A stretch of DNA of 64,000 nt from contig JAAYEJ010000012.1 in assembly GCA_012728835.1 (NCBI GenBank), forward strand, positions 123,207 through 187,206, written 5' to 3'. The DNA comes from Candidatus Brocadiaceae bacterium. GTDB taxonomy: Bacteria > Planctomycetota > Brocadiia > SM23-32. Made by a program: the position numbers and the translations under genes. Positions within the stretch are counted from its first letter, which is position 1; every line of letters begins with the position of its first letter. The notes beneath the pieces were generated by a model that ran no database searches, was not told the origin of the DNA, and was given only the letters and a program-made list of their open reading frames with translations. Below, in pieces: positions 8,723-18,804 of this stretch.

Positions 8723-9760
8723 TCAGGAGCCGACCGTCTCCGGCCGGAGCCAGCGGCTGAACCAGCGGTACATGTAGTCCCTTACATCGTCGATCGTCGC
8801 ATGACCGTCGCCGTGATTCAACGTGCAGAAGCACTCCGGCTTCTGCAGCAGCGCGTAGGCGCGCCGGCCGGCCAGGTAGCAGCGGAAGTTGGCCTCGATG
8901 TACGGGTTGTACAGGTCGTTGTACGGCTCCACCACCAGCAGGGCGCGCGGTGCGCAGAGTGCGATCATGTCCGCGTAATCGTAGAGCATGTGCCCGCCGG
9001 TGGCCTGGAAATGCCTGATCCACAGGGGGCTGGACAGGAGCGCCGGGTGACCGGACAGCACCCGGTAGACATTCGTCAGATTCGGGCTGATGCCGGTCGA
9101 GGGCACGGCGGCGGCGATCCGCTCGTCGAAGGCGGCCAGGAAGACGGTCATGCGCCCGCCGAGGGAGTTGCCCATGACACCGTGGGCACCCGGCCGTATG
9201 TACGGCAGGCTGTCCAGCACGTCCAGAAGCCGCTGGTTCTCCCAGAGGCGGCGCCCGTCCAGCGACCACTCGGGGTGCTCGTCTACGAACCGCCGCAGCG
9301 CCTCGGTGTAGCGCCGGCCGACCTCGTCTTCGGGCATCGTCTCGCCGTGGGTGATCCGCTCGCCGAACAGGTAGTTGTCGGGCGTCGCGGTCACGAAGCC
9401 ACGCTGAGCCAGCTCGATGGCGTAGGCGCATTCCGGCCCGTCCACCGTCAGGGGCCCCGTCTTCCCGAGCTTGCCGCCATAGGTGCCGTGACAGACGACG
9501 ACGGCCCGGCCGGGATGGGCATCGTCGACGCCCTCGGGCAGGACGAGGACGGCCAGCCCCCACTCGTCCGGCATGACGCGGTAGCGGATCTTGACGTGGC
9601 GCAGGCCGTAACGCTCGTACTGCTCCAGCACCTCGTGCTCGGGTTCGATCACCAGGTCGGGCGCGGTGCCCATGGAACCCATGACGCGCGTGTGGATGCG
9701 GCGTCGAATCTCCGGCCATTCCTCCGGTCGCGTGTCCTGCAGAACAACGTCTCGGAACAT
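8723..9760 (-). CDS. Alpha/beta-hydrolase (acetyl-esterase / dienelactone-hydrolase-like)
   Basis: Nucleophile elbow GNSLGG, a late H in GDGHAT, and a length of 345 aa. RBS AAGGAGA lies upstream of the ATG at 9760. Confidence 0.7.
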   Translation of the reverse strand: MFRDVVLQDTRPEEWPEIRRRIHTRVMGSMGTAPDLVIEPEHEVLEQYERYGLRHVKIRYRVMPDEWGLAVLVLPEGVDDAHPGRAVVVCHGTYGGKLGKTGPLTVDGPECAYAIELAQRGFVTATPDNYLFGERITHGETMPEDEVGRRYTEALRRFVDEHPEWSLDGRRLWENQRLLDVLDSLPYIRPGAHGVMGNSLGGRMTVFLAAFDERIAAAVPSTGISPNLTNVYRVLSGHPALLSSPLWIRHFQATGGHMLYDYADMIALCAPRALLVVEPYNDLYNPYIEANFRCYLAGRRAYALLQKPECFCTLNHGDGHATIDDVRDYMYRWFSRWLRPETVGS

Positions 9761-9787
9761 GCCGCGTCTCCTTCCTGCCCTCGGGCC

Positions 9788-9857
9788 GGAGTCCGCCTCG
9801 GGGCAGCGCGGCCGTCTCGGCCGCGTGTCCGGGGCGGGGAGAGATGGGGCGGACTCC
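9788..9857 (-). terminator. Nested GC-rich hairpins in the intergenic gap (possible attenuator, processing or stabilising element)
   Basis: Outer inverted repeat GGAGTCCGCC (9788-9797) / GGCGGACTCC (9848-9857). Inner perfect 8-bp stem CGCGGCCG-TCT-CGGCCGCG (9807-9825). It lies 12 nt downstream of the stop at 9869 on the minus strand. There is no U-tract. Confidence 0.3.
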
Positions 9858-9868
9858 TGTCCGCGTGC

Positions 9869-10993
9869 TCAGTTCACGCCCAGCCTGCGCATGATGCACT
9901 GATAGAGGGCGGGCAGTGTCTCGGCGTGCAGGCCCTCGAAGTAGAAGCCCACGCCCCCGAAGACCTTCGGTATGCGCGTGGCGATCGACTTCTGGTCGCG
10001 CAGGTAGTAGTAGGCCTGCGTCTCGTCGCGCGTCTCGTCGTCGAAAACGAAGGGGCGGATGTCAAAGTCGCCGGTCCAGAGCCCGTCGGGGGCCCGGCCG
10101 ACGTTGGCGGCCATCGAGACGGCTTTCAGCACCACCTCCGGCCCCATGATGGCGGTGCCGATGTTCAGGATCACGCCGCCGCCTGTGAACCGGCACATCT
10201 CCTGGGCAAAGACGAGGAAGTCGTGCCCGCTGGACTGCCCCTTCGCCGCCGGGTTGAAACCGGCGTGCTGGTCGATGATGTCCGTGCCGAGCGAGGCGTG
10301 GATACACGCGGGCACGCCCGCGCGGTAGGCGGCGGCGAAGACGCACGAGTCCAGGTAGGGGAAGCCGTCGTAGGGCTTGATGTACTCGCCCGTGTCCTGG
10401 TAGCGCTCGAACGTGCGGTCGATGACCTGGCGGCGGAAGTCGGCGTCGCAGTAGAGGCGTCCCATCGCCTCGCCCATGCCGATGCCGAGTTCGGCGCCGA
10501 TCTCGATCGTGCAGTTCAGGTAGGCGCCGGTCTCGAACGCCATGCCGAAGTCGCCGTTGGGCAGGGCGTCGCGGACCGATTCGCTGGAGGCGCCGGTCAG
10601 GGCCAGTTCGAACGAGTGGATCGAGCCGGCCCCGTTCGTGGAGAAGAGGGTCACGATGCCGCGCTCGATCAGGTCGATGACGATGGGGATCTGGCCGTTC
10701 TTGATCGGATGGGCGCCGGAGAGGGCGACGACGGGCCGGCCGGCGCGGTGGCACTCGACGATGTAGTCGGCCAGTTCGCGCAGGCCGGCCGACTGGTCGG
10801 CCCCCCCGCCGCGCAGCCCGCTGCGGAACCAGGGGGTGGTCGGCGGCCGGAACTCCGCCCTGCGCAGCGCGGCGACATCGACGTAGTCGTCCAACTCCAC
10901 CTTGTTCGGCCGCACCTTCAGGGGGTAGGTGCGCATGTGCGAGGGGTCGAACACGCCATAGGATCCCCGGTAGGATCGGTCGTCATTCGGCAC
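9869..10993 (-). CDS. Hypothetical protein, possibly deoxyhypusine-synthase-like (DHS-like NAD-binding fold)
   Basis: 374 aa. Weak motif-level resemblance to the DS family: ...IVIDLIERGIVTLFSTNGAGSIHSFE..., VPACIHASLGTDIIDQH, GGGVILNIGTAIMGPE. GTG start at 10993 with GAAGGAG 7 nt upstream. It overlaps the upstream HAD gene by 11 nt. The CDS is solid. The function is uncertain. Confidence 0.4.
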   Translation of the reverse strand: MPNDDRSYRGSYGVFDPSHMRTYPLKVRPNKVELDDYVDVAALRRAEFRPPTTPWFRSGLRGGGADQSAGLRELADYIVECHRAGRPVVALSGAHPIKNGQIPIVIDLIERGIVTLFSTNGAGSIHSFELALTGASSESVRDALPNGDFGMAFETGAYLNCTIEIGAELGIGMGEAMGRLYCDADFRRQVIDRTFERYQDTGEYIKPYDGFPYLDSCVFAAAYRAGVPACIHASLGTDIIDQHAGFNPAAKGQSSGHDFLVFAQEMCRFTGGGVILNIGTAIMGPEVVLKAVSMAANVGRAPDGLWTGDFDIRPFVFDDETRDETQAYYYLRDQKSIATRIPKVFGGVGFYFEGLHAETLPALYQCIMRRLGVN

Positions 10994-11981
10994 GGATCAG
11001 CTCCTTCAGCAGGGGGCTGGTGTAGTCGGGCAGGATGTAGTGTGTGCCCAGGTCGGCGTGCAGGCGCCGCTGGCGCTGCGCGTCGACGGGCAGGCGGCTG
11101 ATGGTCACGCATCCCATGTCGACGCCGGCCTTGATCTCCGTGCGGCCGTCGCCCAGCACGAGCACGCGGGCGGGGTCCACGCCCTCCCGCCGGCAGAGTT
11201 CGCGCATGACCTCGTCCTTGGGCATCTTGCGGTCCCAACTGGAGCCCTGCAGGCTCTCGACCGTCTTGCCGGGGCCGATCTCGAACCCGAGGGCGCACAC
11301 CTCCTCGTACATGCCGCCGTCCTCGTAGATCACGGCGCCCGTGACGAAGTAGTTCAGGCAGCCGGCGGCGTGCAGGTGGTCCATGAACTCCATCGAGCCG
11401 GGCACGAGCCAGGGCCGGGGGTCCTTGCGGGCGGCCGCGGTGTTGCGGTCGCGGCAGGCGCCGTTCAGCACGGCCTCGTAGAGCTTGAAGAGCCGCGGCG
11501 TGCGTTCGGCGATGAACCGGCGCAGGGCGGGCGGTTCTTCGACGTCGTCGAAGCGTTCCTCGCCGTTCCAGATGCGCCGGACGATCTCGGAGTTGCGCCG
11601 GCGTGCCGTCTCGGTCAGGGCGAGGTCCAGGCCGGGCGGCAGGCAGTCCCGCTCGACAGCCCGGCGGATGCCGTATTCCATCTGCGTCAGGGCCGAGAGG
11701 CCCGCCGACTCCACGCAGAACTCGTCCGTCTCCGGCAGCGGCTCGGCGCCCACGCGCCCGACCAGCGCGGCGATCCGTTCGGGCGAGTCGAAGTCCTCAC
11801 CCAGCCCGCAGGTCATCGCGTAGTGCACGGCCAGGCTCATCACCGGGGGCCAGTCGCGGATCAGGCTGTGGGTCCCGTCGATGTCGTGGATGACTTGGGT
11901 GATGCGGCGGCGTCCGACGCGGCGGACGGTCTCGATGTTGCCGGTGTGTCCGTTCAGGCAGGAATCGTCGAAGATGGCCAT
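10983..11981 (-). CDS. HAD-superfamily hydrolase (atypical, 332 aa)
   Basis: Internal ATG (MAIFDDSCLNGH...) of the 562-aa ORF. HAD motif I is HDIDGTHS (DxDxT) and motif IV is GDGRTEI. There is a large cap insertion between the motifs. Confidence 0.7.
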   Translation of the reverse strand: MAIFDDSCLNGHTGNIETVRRVGRRRITQVIHDIDGTHSLIRDWPPVMSLAVHYAMTCGLGEDFDSPERIAALVGRVGAEPLPETDEFCVESAGLSALTQMEYGIRRAVERDCLPPGLDLALTETARRRNSEIVRRIWNGEERFDDVEEPPALRRFIAERTPRLFKLYEAVLNGACRDRNTAAARKDPRPWLVPGSMEFMDHLHAAGCLNYFVTGAVIYEDGGMYEEVCALGFEIGPGKTVESLQGSSWDRKMPKDEVMRELCRREGVDPARVLVLGDGRTEIKAGVDMGCVTISRLPVDAQRQRRLHADLGTHYILPDYTSPLLKELIRAE

Positions 11982-12130
11982 GGTGCCGTTCCGTATGGCT
12001 TCGGTTGTGCCGGGGCAGGGCGCTCGCCGGCGGGGCGGAGCGCCGCACGCCGTGTCATTGTACCGTCTGTTCCCCCGTGGGCAAGTGATCGCGGCCGTCC
12101 CGCTCACTATGATCGGGCGCGCGCGGTCGG

Positions 12131-12136
12131 TACAAT
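12131..12136 (+). promoter_or_regulatory. Candidate -10 box TACAAT upstream of hslV
   Basis: TACAATGG lies 19 nt before the hslV ATG, with AGGAGGA in between. No convincing -35 box was seen. Confidence 0.3.
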
Positions 12137-12155
12137 GGCCTGCAGGAGGAAGACC

Positions 12156-12691
12156 ATGGACGAGCGCATGCGCAGCACCACCATTCTGGCCGTGCGCCGG
12201 GACGGGCAGGCGGCCCTGGGCGGCGACGGGCAGGTGACGCTCAAGGACACGGTCGTGAAGGCCACCGCCTCGAAGATCCGCCGGCTGCACCAGGGGCGGG
12301 TGATCGTGGGGTTCGCCGGGTCGGCCGGCGATGCCTTCGCACTGCTGGACCGCTTCAGCACGAAGCTGGAGAGCTACCAGGGGAACCTCCTGCGCAGCGC
12401 CCATGAACTGGCCAAGGAGTGGCGCACGGACAAGCTGCTGCGCCCCCTGGAGAGCCTGCTGGTGGCCATGGACGCCGAGCGGAGCCTGCTGATCACCGGC
12501 AACGGAGAGGTGATCGAGCCGGACGACGGCATCCTGGGCATCGGGTCCGGCGGGGCGCTGGCCACGGCCGCCGCGCGCGCACTGGTGCGCAACACGGACC
12601 TGGGCGCCGAGGACATCGTGCGCAGGTCCCTGGGGATCGCCGCCGAGATATGCGTGTATACGAACGATCAAATCCGCGTGGAGACGCTGCC

Positions 12692-12695
<4 letters not shown>
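12156..12695 (+). CDS. hslV: ATP-dependent protease HslVU, peptidase subunit HslV
   Basis: MDERMRSTTILAVRRDGQAALGGDGQVTL...GFAGSAGDAF...GSGG is a textbook HslV. RBS AGGAGGA. The long upstream part of ORF 11040..12695 is antisense to the HAD gene and was discarded. Confidence 0.95.
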
Positions 12696-14023
<1,328 letters not shown>

Positions 14024-14024
14024 A

Positions 14025-14041
14025 GGGGCCGGCCCGGCCCC
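14025..14041 (+). terminator. GC hairpin immediately after hslU (GGGGCCG-GCC-CGGCCCC)
   Basis: Perfect 7-bp stem 2 nt after the hslU stop, with no U-tract. It is followed by RBS AGGAAGGAG and the ATG at 14071. Confidence 0.25.
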
Positions 14042-14070
14042 GTTGCCTGCCAGGTGCGAGGAAGGAGCCC

Positions 14071-14358
14071 ATGGACAAGCAATGTGTCGTCTGCCACGTG
14101 CGCCCGGCGTTGTTCCGGTGCATCCAGTGCCACAAGCCGGTGTGCGACGAGTGTGCGTTCAAGACGGAGCACGGGGCCTTCTGCGGACGCAACTGCGCGA
14201 CGGCCTACCGCGACTTCCAGAAGGCGCAGGGCGACCAGCCGGTGAAGAAGTCCGGCGGCCTGGTCACGACGCTGATCGCCTTCCTCGTCGCCGTGGCCGT
14301 GCTCGGTTTCGTGGCGCACAGACTCGGCCTGCTGTCCGGACTGCTCGGTGGACGCTGA
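14071..14358 (+). CDS. Small B-box/zinc-ribbon-like protein with C-terminal TM anchor
   Basis: CVVCHVRPALFRCIQCHKPVCDECAFKTEHGAFCGRNC has 8 Cys/His in a B-box-like spacing, followed by the TM helix LVTTLIAFLVAVAVLGFVA. Strong RBS. Confidence 0.55.
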   Translation: MDKQCVVCHVRPALFRCIQCHKPVCDECAFKTEHGAFCGRNCATAYRDFQKAQGDQPVKKSGGLVTTLIAFLVAVAVLGFVAHRLGLLSGLLGGR

Positions 14359-14367
14359 ACGGCCCGG

Positions 14368-15237
14368 TCAGGGCGCTTCGGTCGCGTCTTTGAACGGGCT
14401 CTCCTCGTCCAAGAGCTGGTCCAGCTTCACGGCCTCCAGCCGGAGCAGAACCCGCGTCCTCTCCATCGGGTAGTCGATCAGGATGGCGGTGGGAACCTGC
14501 ACGGACCGGCCGACGCCCGTCTCCACAAGTTCCCTGCGCGGGTAGGTGACGACGGAGCGGATGGCGCCGTCGGCGTTGTACTTCTCGATGGTCGTGATGG
14601 CTTCGGAGATGCGGTCGAACGAGATCGCGGCGGGGATGCGGACCGCGGGGGGATCCGATTCCCACTCGACCAGGGAGACCCTGCTGATCTGCTCGACATC
14701 GTGCAGCACGGGCGCCCGCCCCAGCAGGCTGGCCGGGGAGAAGGCGTGGACGATGTCCGCCGGCATGATGTGGATGCGGCCGGGCTGCGGCTCGACCGGG
14801 TCTCCGTACCGCCCGTCGAAGGAGTCGGACAGGGCGGGCAGCTCTGCGCGGTACAGCTCGCCGTTGCCCGCCAGGCGCACCTTCAGGGTGCCCTTGTGGG
14901 GTATGCGCAGGTAGACGAGGTCGGGCTTCTTCACCACGAGGAGGCCGCTGCCCAGCGTCACCGAGTTGGTCGGCGTGTTGATCTGCGGGTTGCTGATCCT
15001 CACCTCGCATCGCGCCTGGAGTGTGGCCCAGGCGAGGTCGTTGTCCCGCAGGGCGTCGATCCAGAAGTTCACGCTGCGACGAACGGCGAGGGGCCGGCGG
15101 GGCACCTCGACGCGCTCGGGCGGCGCCTGACAGCCCGCCAGACACGCCGCCGCCGACAGCAGCGCCATCATCGCCGGCACCGTCCATCCCGTCCACTTCC
15201 GTCTCGTCCCTGTGCCGTCCATGTTCCGCCTCCTCAC
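14368..15237 (-). CDS. Hypothetical lipoprotein (LolA/LolB-like fold suspected)
   Basis: Signal peptide plus lipobox ...MMALLSAAACLAGCQ. About 289 aa, beta-rich composition. The family call is tentative. Confidence 0.55.
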   Translation of the reverse strand: MRRRNMDGTGTRRKWTGWTVPAMMALLSAAACLAGCQAPPERVEVPRRPLAVRRSVNFWIDALRDNDLAWATLQARCEVRISNPQINTPTNSVTLGSGLLVVKKPDLVYLRIPHKGTLKVRLAGNGELYRAELPALSDSFDGRYGDPVEPQPGRIHIMPADIVHAFSPASLLGRAPVLHDVEQISRVSLVEWESDPPAVRIPAAISFDRISEAITTIEKYNADGAIRSVVTYPRRELVETGVGRSVQVPTAILIDYPMERTRVLLRLEAVKLDQLLDEESPFKDATEAP

Positions 15238-15248
15238 TCGGGTGTGTG

Positions 15249-15719
15249 TCAGACCGGCGTCGGCCCGCTCTGGTCGTAGACCCAGGCCGTGGCCTCGGGC
15301 GGGTAGCTGACCACTTCCTCGGGGGCGAAGAACGCTCCGATCTCCCGCTCGGCGGCCTCCGGGCTGTCGCTGCCGTGGATCAGGTTGAAACGGTTGCTCA
15401 GCGCCAGGTCGCCGCGAATCGTCCCGGGAGGCGAGTCCGCCCCGAACGTCCGGCCCATCATCGTCCGTACGACCTTCACTGCGTCCTTGCCTTCCAGCAC
15501 CATCGCCACCACGGGGCCGCTGATGGTGTAGCGCACCAGCGGCTCATAGAACTCCTTCCCCTCGTGCGCGCCGTAGTGGCGGCGCACGAACCCTTCGCTC
15601 AGGCGCAGCATCTTCATGCCCACGATCAGGAAGCCCTTGCGCTCGATCCGTCCGATCACCTCGCCCAGCAGCCCGCGCATCACGGCATCGGGCTTCAAGA
15701 ATACCAGGGTCCTCTCCAT
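15249..15719 (-). CDS. ndk: Nucleoside-diphosphate kinase
   Basis: MERTLVFLKPDAV...GTIRGD...NLIHGSDS, with the catalytic His in NLIHGSD. Confidence 0.95.
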   Translation of the reverse strand: MERTLVFLKPDAVMRGLLGEVIGRIERKGFLIVGMKMLRLSEGFVRRHYGAHEGKEFYEPLVRYTISGPVVAMVLEGKDAVKVVRTMMGRTFGADSPPGTIRGDLALSNRFNLIHGSDSPEAAEREIGAFFAPEEVVSYPPEATAWVYDQSGPTPV

Positions 15720-15743
15720 GCGGGCACGTCTCCCTTCAGTCGG

Positions 15744-16289
15744 CTACGGCTTCGTTGCCCTGATCTTCTCCCGGTACAGCCGCCGCACTCGAGCGAAGAA
15801 ATCCCGGAGCGTCTCGGTGGCGTAGTCCGGATAGGTCCATTCCCACGGCACGAACGCGCCGGCGCGCCAGCGCAGGGTGCACTCGGCGTAGATGCCGTCG
15901 CCCAGGTAGATGCGGTGTGCGTGGTCCTTCGTCGTGGCCAGCACCAGTTTGTCCATGCTCACGTAGCCCGCGTCCAGGTTCACCGGCCTCGCCGGCGTTT
16001 CGCCCAGTTGTTCGGCCAACAGGCGTTCCAGCCGATTCGTCGTCCGCTTCGCTTCGCGCAGGCAGTCGGGCATCACGAGATCGCGGAAGCCGACCACCTG
16101 CCGCAACAGCGCGGGCCCCATCTCCGGCTCGTAGTAGTCCGTGTGTCCGAAGGGCCAGACGTCGCTCTCCACGTCCACAGGGCCGAACGCTTCTTCCAGG
16201 CGCTCCTTCGCCGCGGCCAGCCACGGCTCCCGTCCGGCCAGGACCGAGCAGACCAGGCTCACCGGCCGGGGGATGGACGGCGTTCCCAT
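15744..16289 (-). CDS. DUF4416-family protein
   Basis: The pattern F..TDYYEPEMG...NLDAGY...LVLATTKDHAHRIYL..GIYAE.TL...WTYPDY matches my memory of DUF4416. Confidence 0.65.
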   Translation of the reverse strand: MGTPSIPRPVSLVCSVLAGREPWLAAAKERLEEAFGPVDVESDVWPFGHTDYYEPEMGPALLRQVVGFRDLVMPDCLREAKRTTNRLERLLAEQLGETPARPVNLDAGYVSMDKLVLATTKDHAHRIYLGDGIYAECTLRWRAGAFVPWEWTYPDYATETLRDFFARVRRLYREKIRATKP

Positions 16290-16415
16290 GTCGTCGTTCC
16301 CCGGTTTGTGCCCTCAGGCCACACAGCGACGTAGATTATGCCCGCTTGCCGGCCGCCCGTGCAACGTCCTGCGGTGCCGGTCGTCCGCTCATCCGCGCAC
16401 AACCCGGCCCCGCGC

Positions 16416-18389
16416 TCAGGATTGGCCCCGCAGGGCGCGGAGGCGGTCGCGCAGGAGGGCGGCGCGCTCGAAGTCCAGCCGCGCGGCCGCTTCATCCATC
16501 TCCTTCTCCAGTTCGTCCAAGCGATGGGCCGTGACGTAGTCGGCCGTCTCCTCGGCAACGACCGGCGTTTCGATCCGGCGCTTCCACGCCTGCACCTCGG
16601 AGTCGATGCCCGGCTGGATGGACTTGCGGATCGTCTGCGGCACGATGCCGTGCGCCTCATTGAAGGCCATCTGTTTCTCGCGGCGGCGCTGCGTCTCCTC
16701 CATCGCCCGTGCCATCGATTCGGTGATCCGGTCGGCGTAGAGGATGACGACGGCGTTGACGTTGCGCGCGCACCGGCCCATCGTCTGGATCAGGGACGTG
16801 TCGGACCGCAGGAAGCCCTCCCGATCGGCGTCCAGCACGGCGACCAGCGAGACCTCCGGCAGGTCCAGCCCCTCGCGCAGGAGGTTGACGCCGACGATCA
16901 CGTCGTACTTGCCGCGGCGCAGATCGTTCAGTATCTCCACGCGCTCGATCGTCTGCACCTCGCTGTGCAGGTAGCAGCCGTTGAGGCCCTCCTCGCGCAG
17001 GAAGTCGGACAGGTCCTCCGCCAGGCGCTTCGTCAGGGTGGTCACGAGCGTGCGCTCGCCGCGTTCGGCGCGCGCGCGCACCTCGCGTATGACGTCCTGG
17101 ACCTGCCCGCGGGCCGGCCGCACGTCCACGACGGGGTCGACGAGGCCGGTGGGGCGGATGATCTGATCCACGACGCGGCCGCCGCTCCTGTGCACCTCGT
17201 AGCGTTCCGGCGTGGCCGAGACGAACAGCACGCGCGGCGCCATCTGCTCCCATTCGTCGAACGTCAGCGGCCGGTTGTCCATCGCGCTCGGCAGGCGGAA
17301 GCCGTAGTCGACGAGGGTCTGCTTCCGGGAGCGGTCGCCGTGGTGCATCGAGCGGATCTGCGGCACGGTCTGGTGGCTTTCGTCGACGATGGTCAGGAAG
17401 TCCTCGGGGAAGTAGTCGAGCAGGCAGGCGGGCCGTTCGCCCGGTTTCCGGCCGCTGATATGGCGGGCGTAGTTCTCGATGCCGGGGCAGAAGCCGACCT
17501 CCGAGAGCAGTTCCATGTCGTAGCGCGTGCGGGCCTCCAGGCGCTGCATCTCGGCCGTCTTGCCCTGCCGGCGCAGCTCGTCCAGGCGTTCGATCAGTTC
17601 GGCCTCGATGTCGGCGACCACCCGTTCGATGCGGTCCTCGGGCGTGACGAAGTGCCTGGCGGGGAAGATGGCGACGGCGCCGGTGTCCTCCAGTGCCCGG
17701 CCCGTCAGCGGGTCCACGACGACGATCCGGTCGATGCAGTCCCCGAAGAAGTCGACGCGGTAGGCGATCTCCTCGTAGGCGGGGTAGACCTCCACGACGT
17801 CGCCCCGGACGCGGAAGGAGCCGCGACGCAGCTCGGCGTCGCTGCGGGTATGCTGGATCTCGACCAGTCGGCCCAGCAGGTCGTCGCGGGCGATCTCCTG
17901 CCCGACCTCCACGCTGACGAACATGCTGCGGTAGTCCTCCGGCTGGCCGATCCCGTAGATGCACGAGACGCTGGCCACGATGACCACGTCGCGCCGCTGC
18001 ATCAGGCGGGTGGTCGCGGCCAGGCGCAGCCGGTCGATGTCCTGGTTGATCGAGGCGTCCTTGGCGATGTACAGATCGCGCGAGGGCACGTAGGCCTCGG
18101 GCTGGTAGTAGTCGTAGTAGCTGACGAAGTAGCCGACGGCGTTGTCGGGGAAGAACTCCTTGAACTCGCCGTAGAGCTGTGCGGCGAGCGTCTTGTTGTG
18201 GCTGATGATGAGCGTGGGGAGTTCCAGGGCCTGGATCAGGTTGGCCATGGTGAACGTCTTGCCCGTGCCCGTGGCGCCCAGGAGCGTCTCGCACGTGCTG
18301 CCGGCGCGGAAGCGTTCGACCAGCCGGCGGATGGCCTCCGGCTGGTCGCCGGCGGGCTGGAAGTCGGCCTGAAGCGAGAACCGCGCCAT
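16416..18389 (-). CDS. uvrB: Excinuclease ABC subunit B
   Basis: 657 aa. GDQPEAI, GATGTGKTFTMA, the helicase motifs and the C-terminal UVR domain (LEKEMDEAAARLDFERAALLRDRL). Confidence 0.97.
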   Translation of the reverse strand: MARFSLQADFQPAGDQPEAIRRLVERFRAGSTCETLLGATGTGKTFTMANLIQALELPTLIISHNKTLAAQLYGEFKEFFPDNAVGYFVSYYDYYQPEAYVPSRDLYIAKDASINQDIDRLRLAATTRLMQRRDVVIVASVSCIYGIGQPEDYRSMFVSVEVGQEIARDDLLGRLVEIQHTRSDAELRRGSFRVRGDVVEVYPAYEEIAYRVDFFGDCIDRIVVVDPLTGRALEDTGAVAIFPARHFVTPEDRIERVVADIEAELIERLDELRRQGKTAEMQRLEARTRYDMELLSEVGFCPGIENYARHISGRKPGERPACLLDYFPEDFLTIVDESHQTVPQIRSMHHGDRSRKQTLVDYGFRLPSAMDNRPLTFDEWEQMAPRVLFVSATPERYEVHRSGGRVVDQIIRPTGLVDPVVDVRPARGQVQDVIREVRARAERGERTLVTTLTKRLAEDLSDFLREEGLNGCYLHSEVQTIERVEILNDLRRGKYDVIVGVNLLREGLDLPEVSLVAVLDADREGFLRSDTSLIQTMGRCARNVNAVVILYADRITESMARAMEETQRRREKQMAFNEAHGIVPQTIRKSIQPGIDSEVQAWKRRIETPVVAEETADYVTAHRLDELEKEMDEAAARLDFERAALLRDRLRALRGQS

Positions 18390-18390
18390 C

Positions 18391-18801
18391 TCAGTCCTCC
18401 GGCGGCTGCGGGTCGCCCGGCAAGGGGGCGCACATGGCGTGGGGGCGGATGCGCTCCAGCGTCCTGGGGCCGATGCCCTTGACGCCCAGGAGGTCCTCGA
18501 AGGAGCGGAACGGGCCGTGTTCCTTCCGGTACCGCACGATGCGGTCCGCCGTCTGCGCGCCGATGCCCGGCAGCAGGGCCAGCTCGTGCGCGGGTGACGT
18601 GTTCACGTTCATTCGTGCGGGAAGCGGCGTTGCGTCGCCCGTTCCGGACACCGTCAGGTCGCCGCGCCCCCACACGTGATCCACGGCGCGCGCGGCCGCC
18701 ACGAACGCCAGCACCAGCCCCACGCCGAGCACCAGCACGGCCAGTTCGCGGCCGGGCAGTGCGAACCACCGTGTTCGGCTGAAGGAGTGTCTGTCGGACA
18801 T
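18391..18801 (-). CDS. ComEA-like helix-hairpin-helix DNA-binding protein
   Basis: N-terminal TM helix, then NVNTSPAHELALLPGIGAQTADRIVRYRKEHGPFRSFEDLLGVKGIGPRTLERI (tandem HhH). Confidence 0.8.
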   Translation of the reverse strand: MSDRHSFSRTRWFALPGRELAVLVLGVGLVLAFVAAARAVDHVWGRGDLTVSGTGDATPLPARMNVNTSPAHELALLPGIGAQTADRIVRYRKEHGPFRSFEDLLGVKGIGPRTLERIRPHAMCAPLPGDPQPPED

Positions 18802-18804
18802 GGC

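Noticed and set aside
12156-12176. Unusual N-terminal extension on HslV (MDERMRS before the catalytic TT).
   Set aside because: Short pro-sequences or alternative starts (ATG 12168) are common for HslV/CodW homologues. This is not evidence of anything novel.
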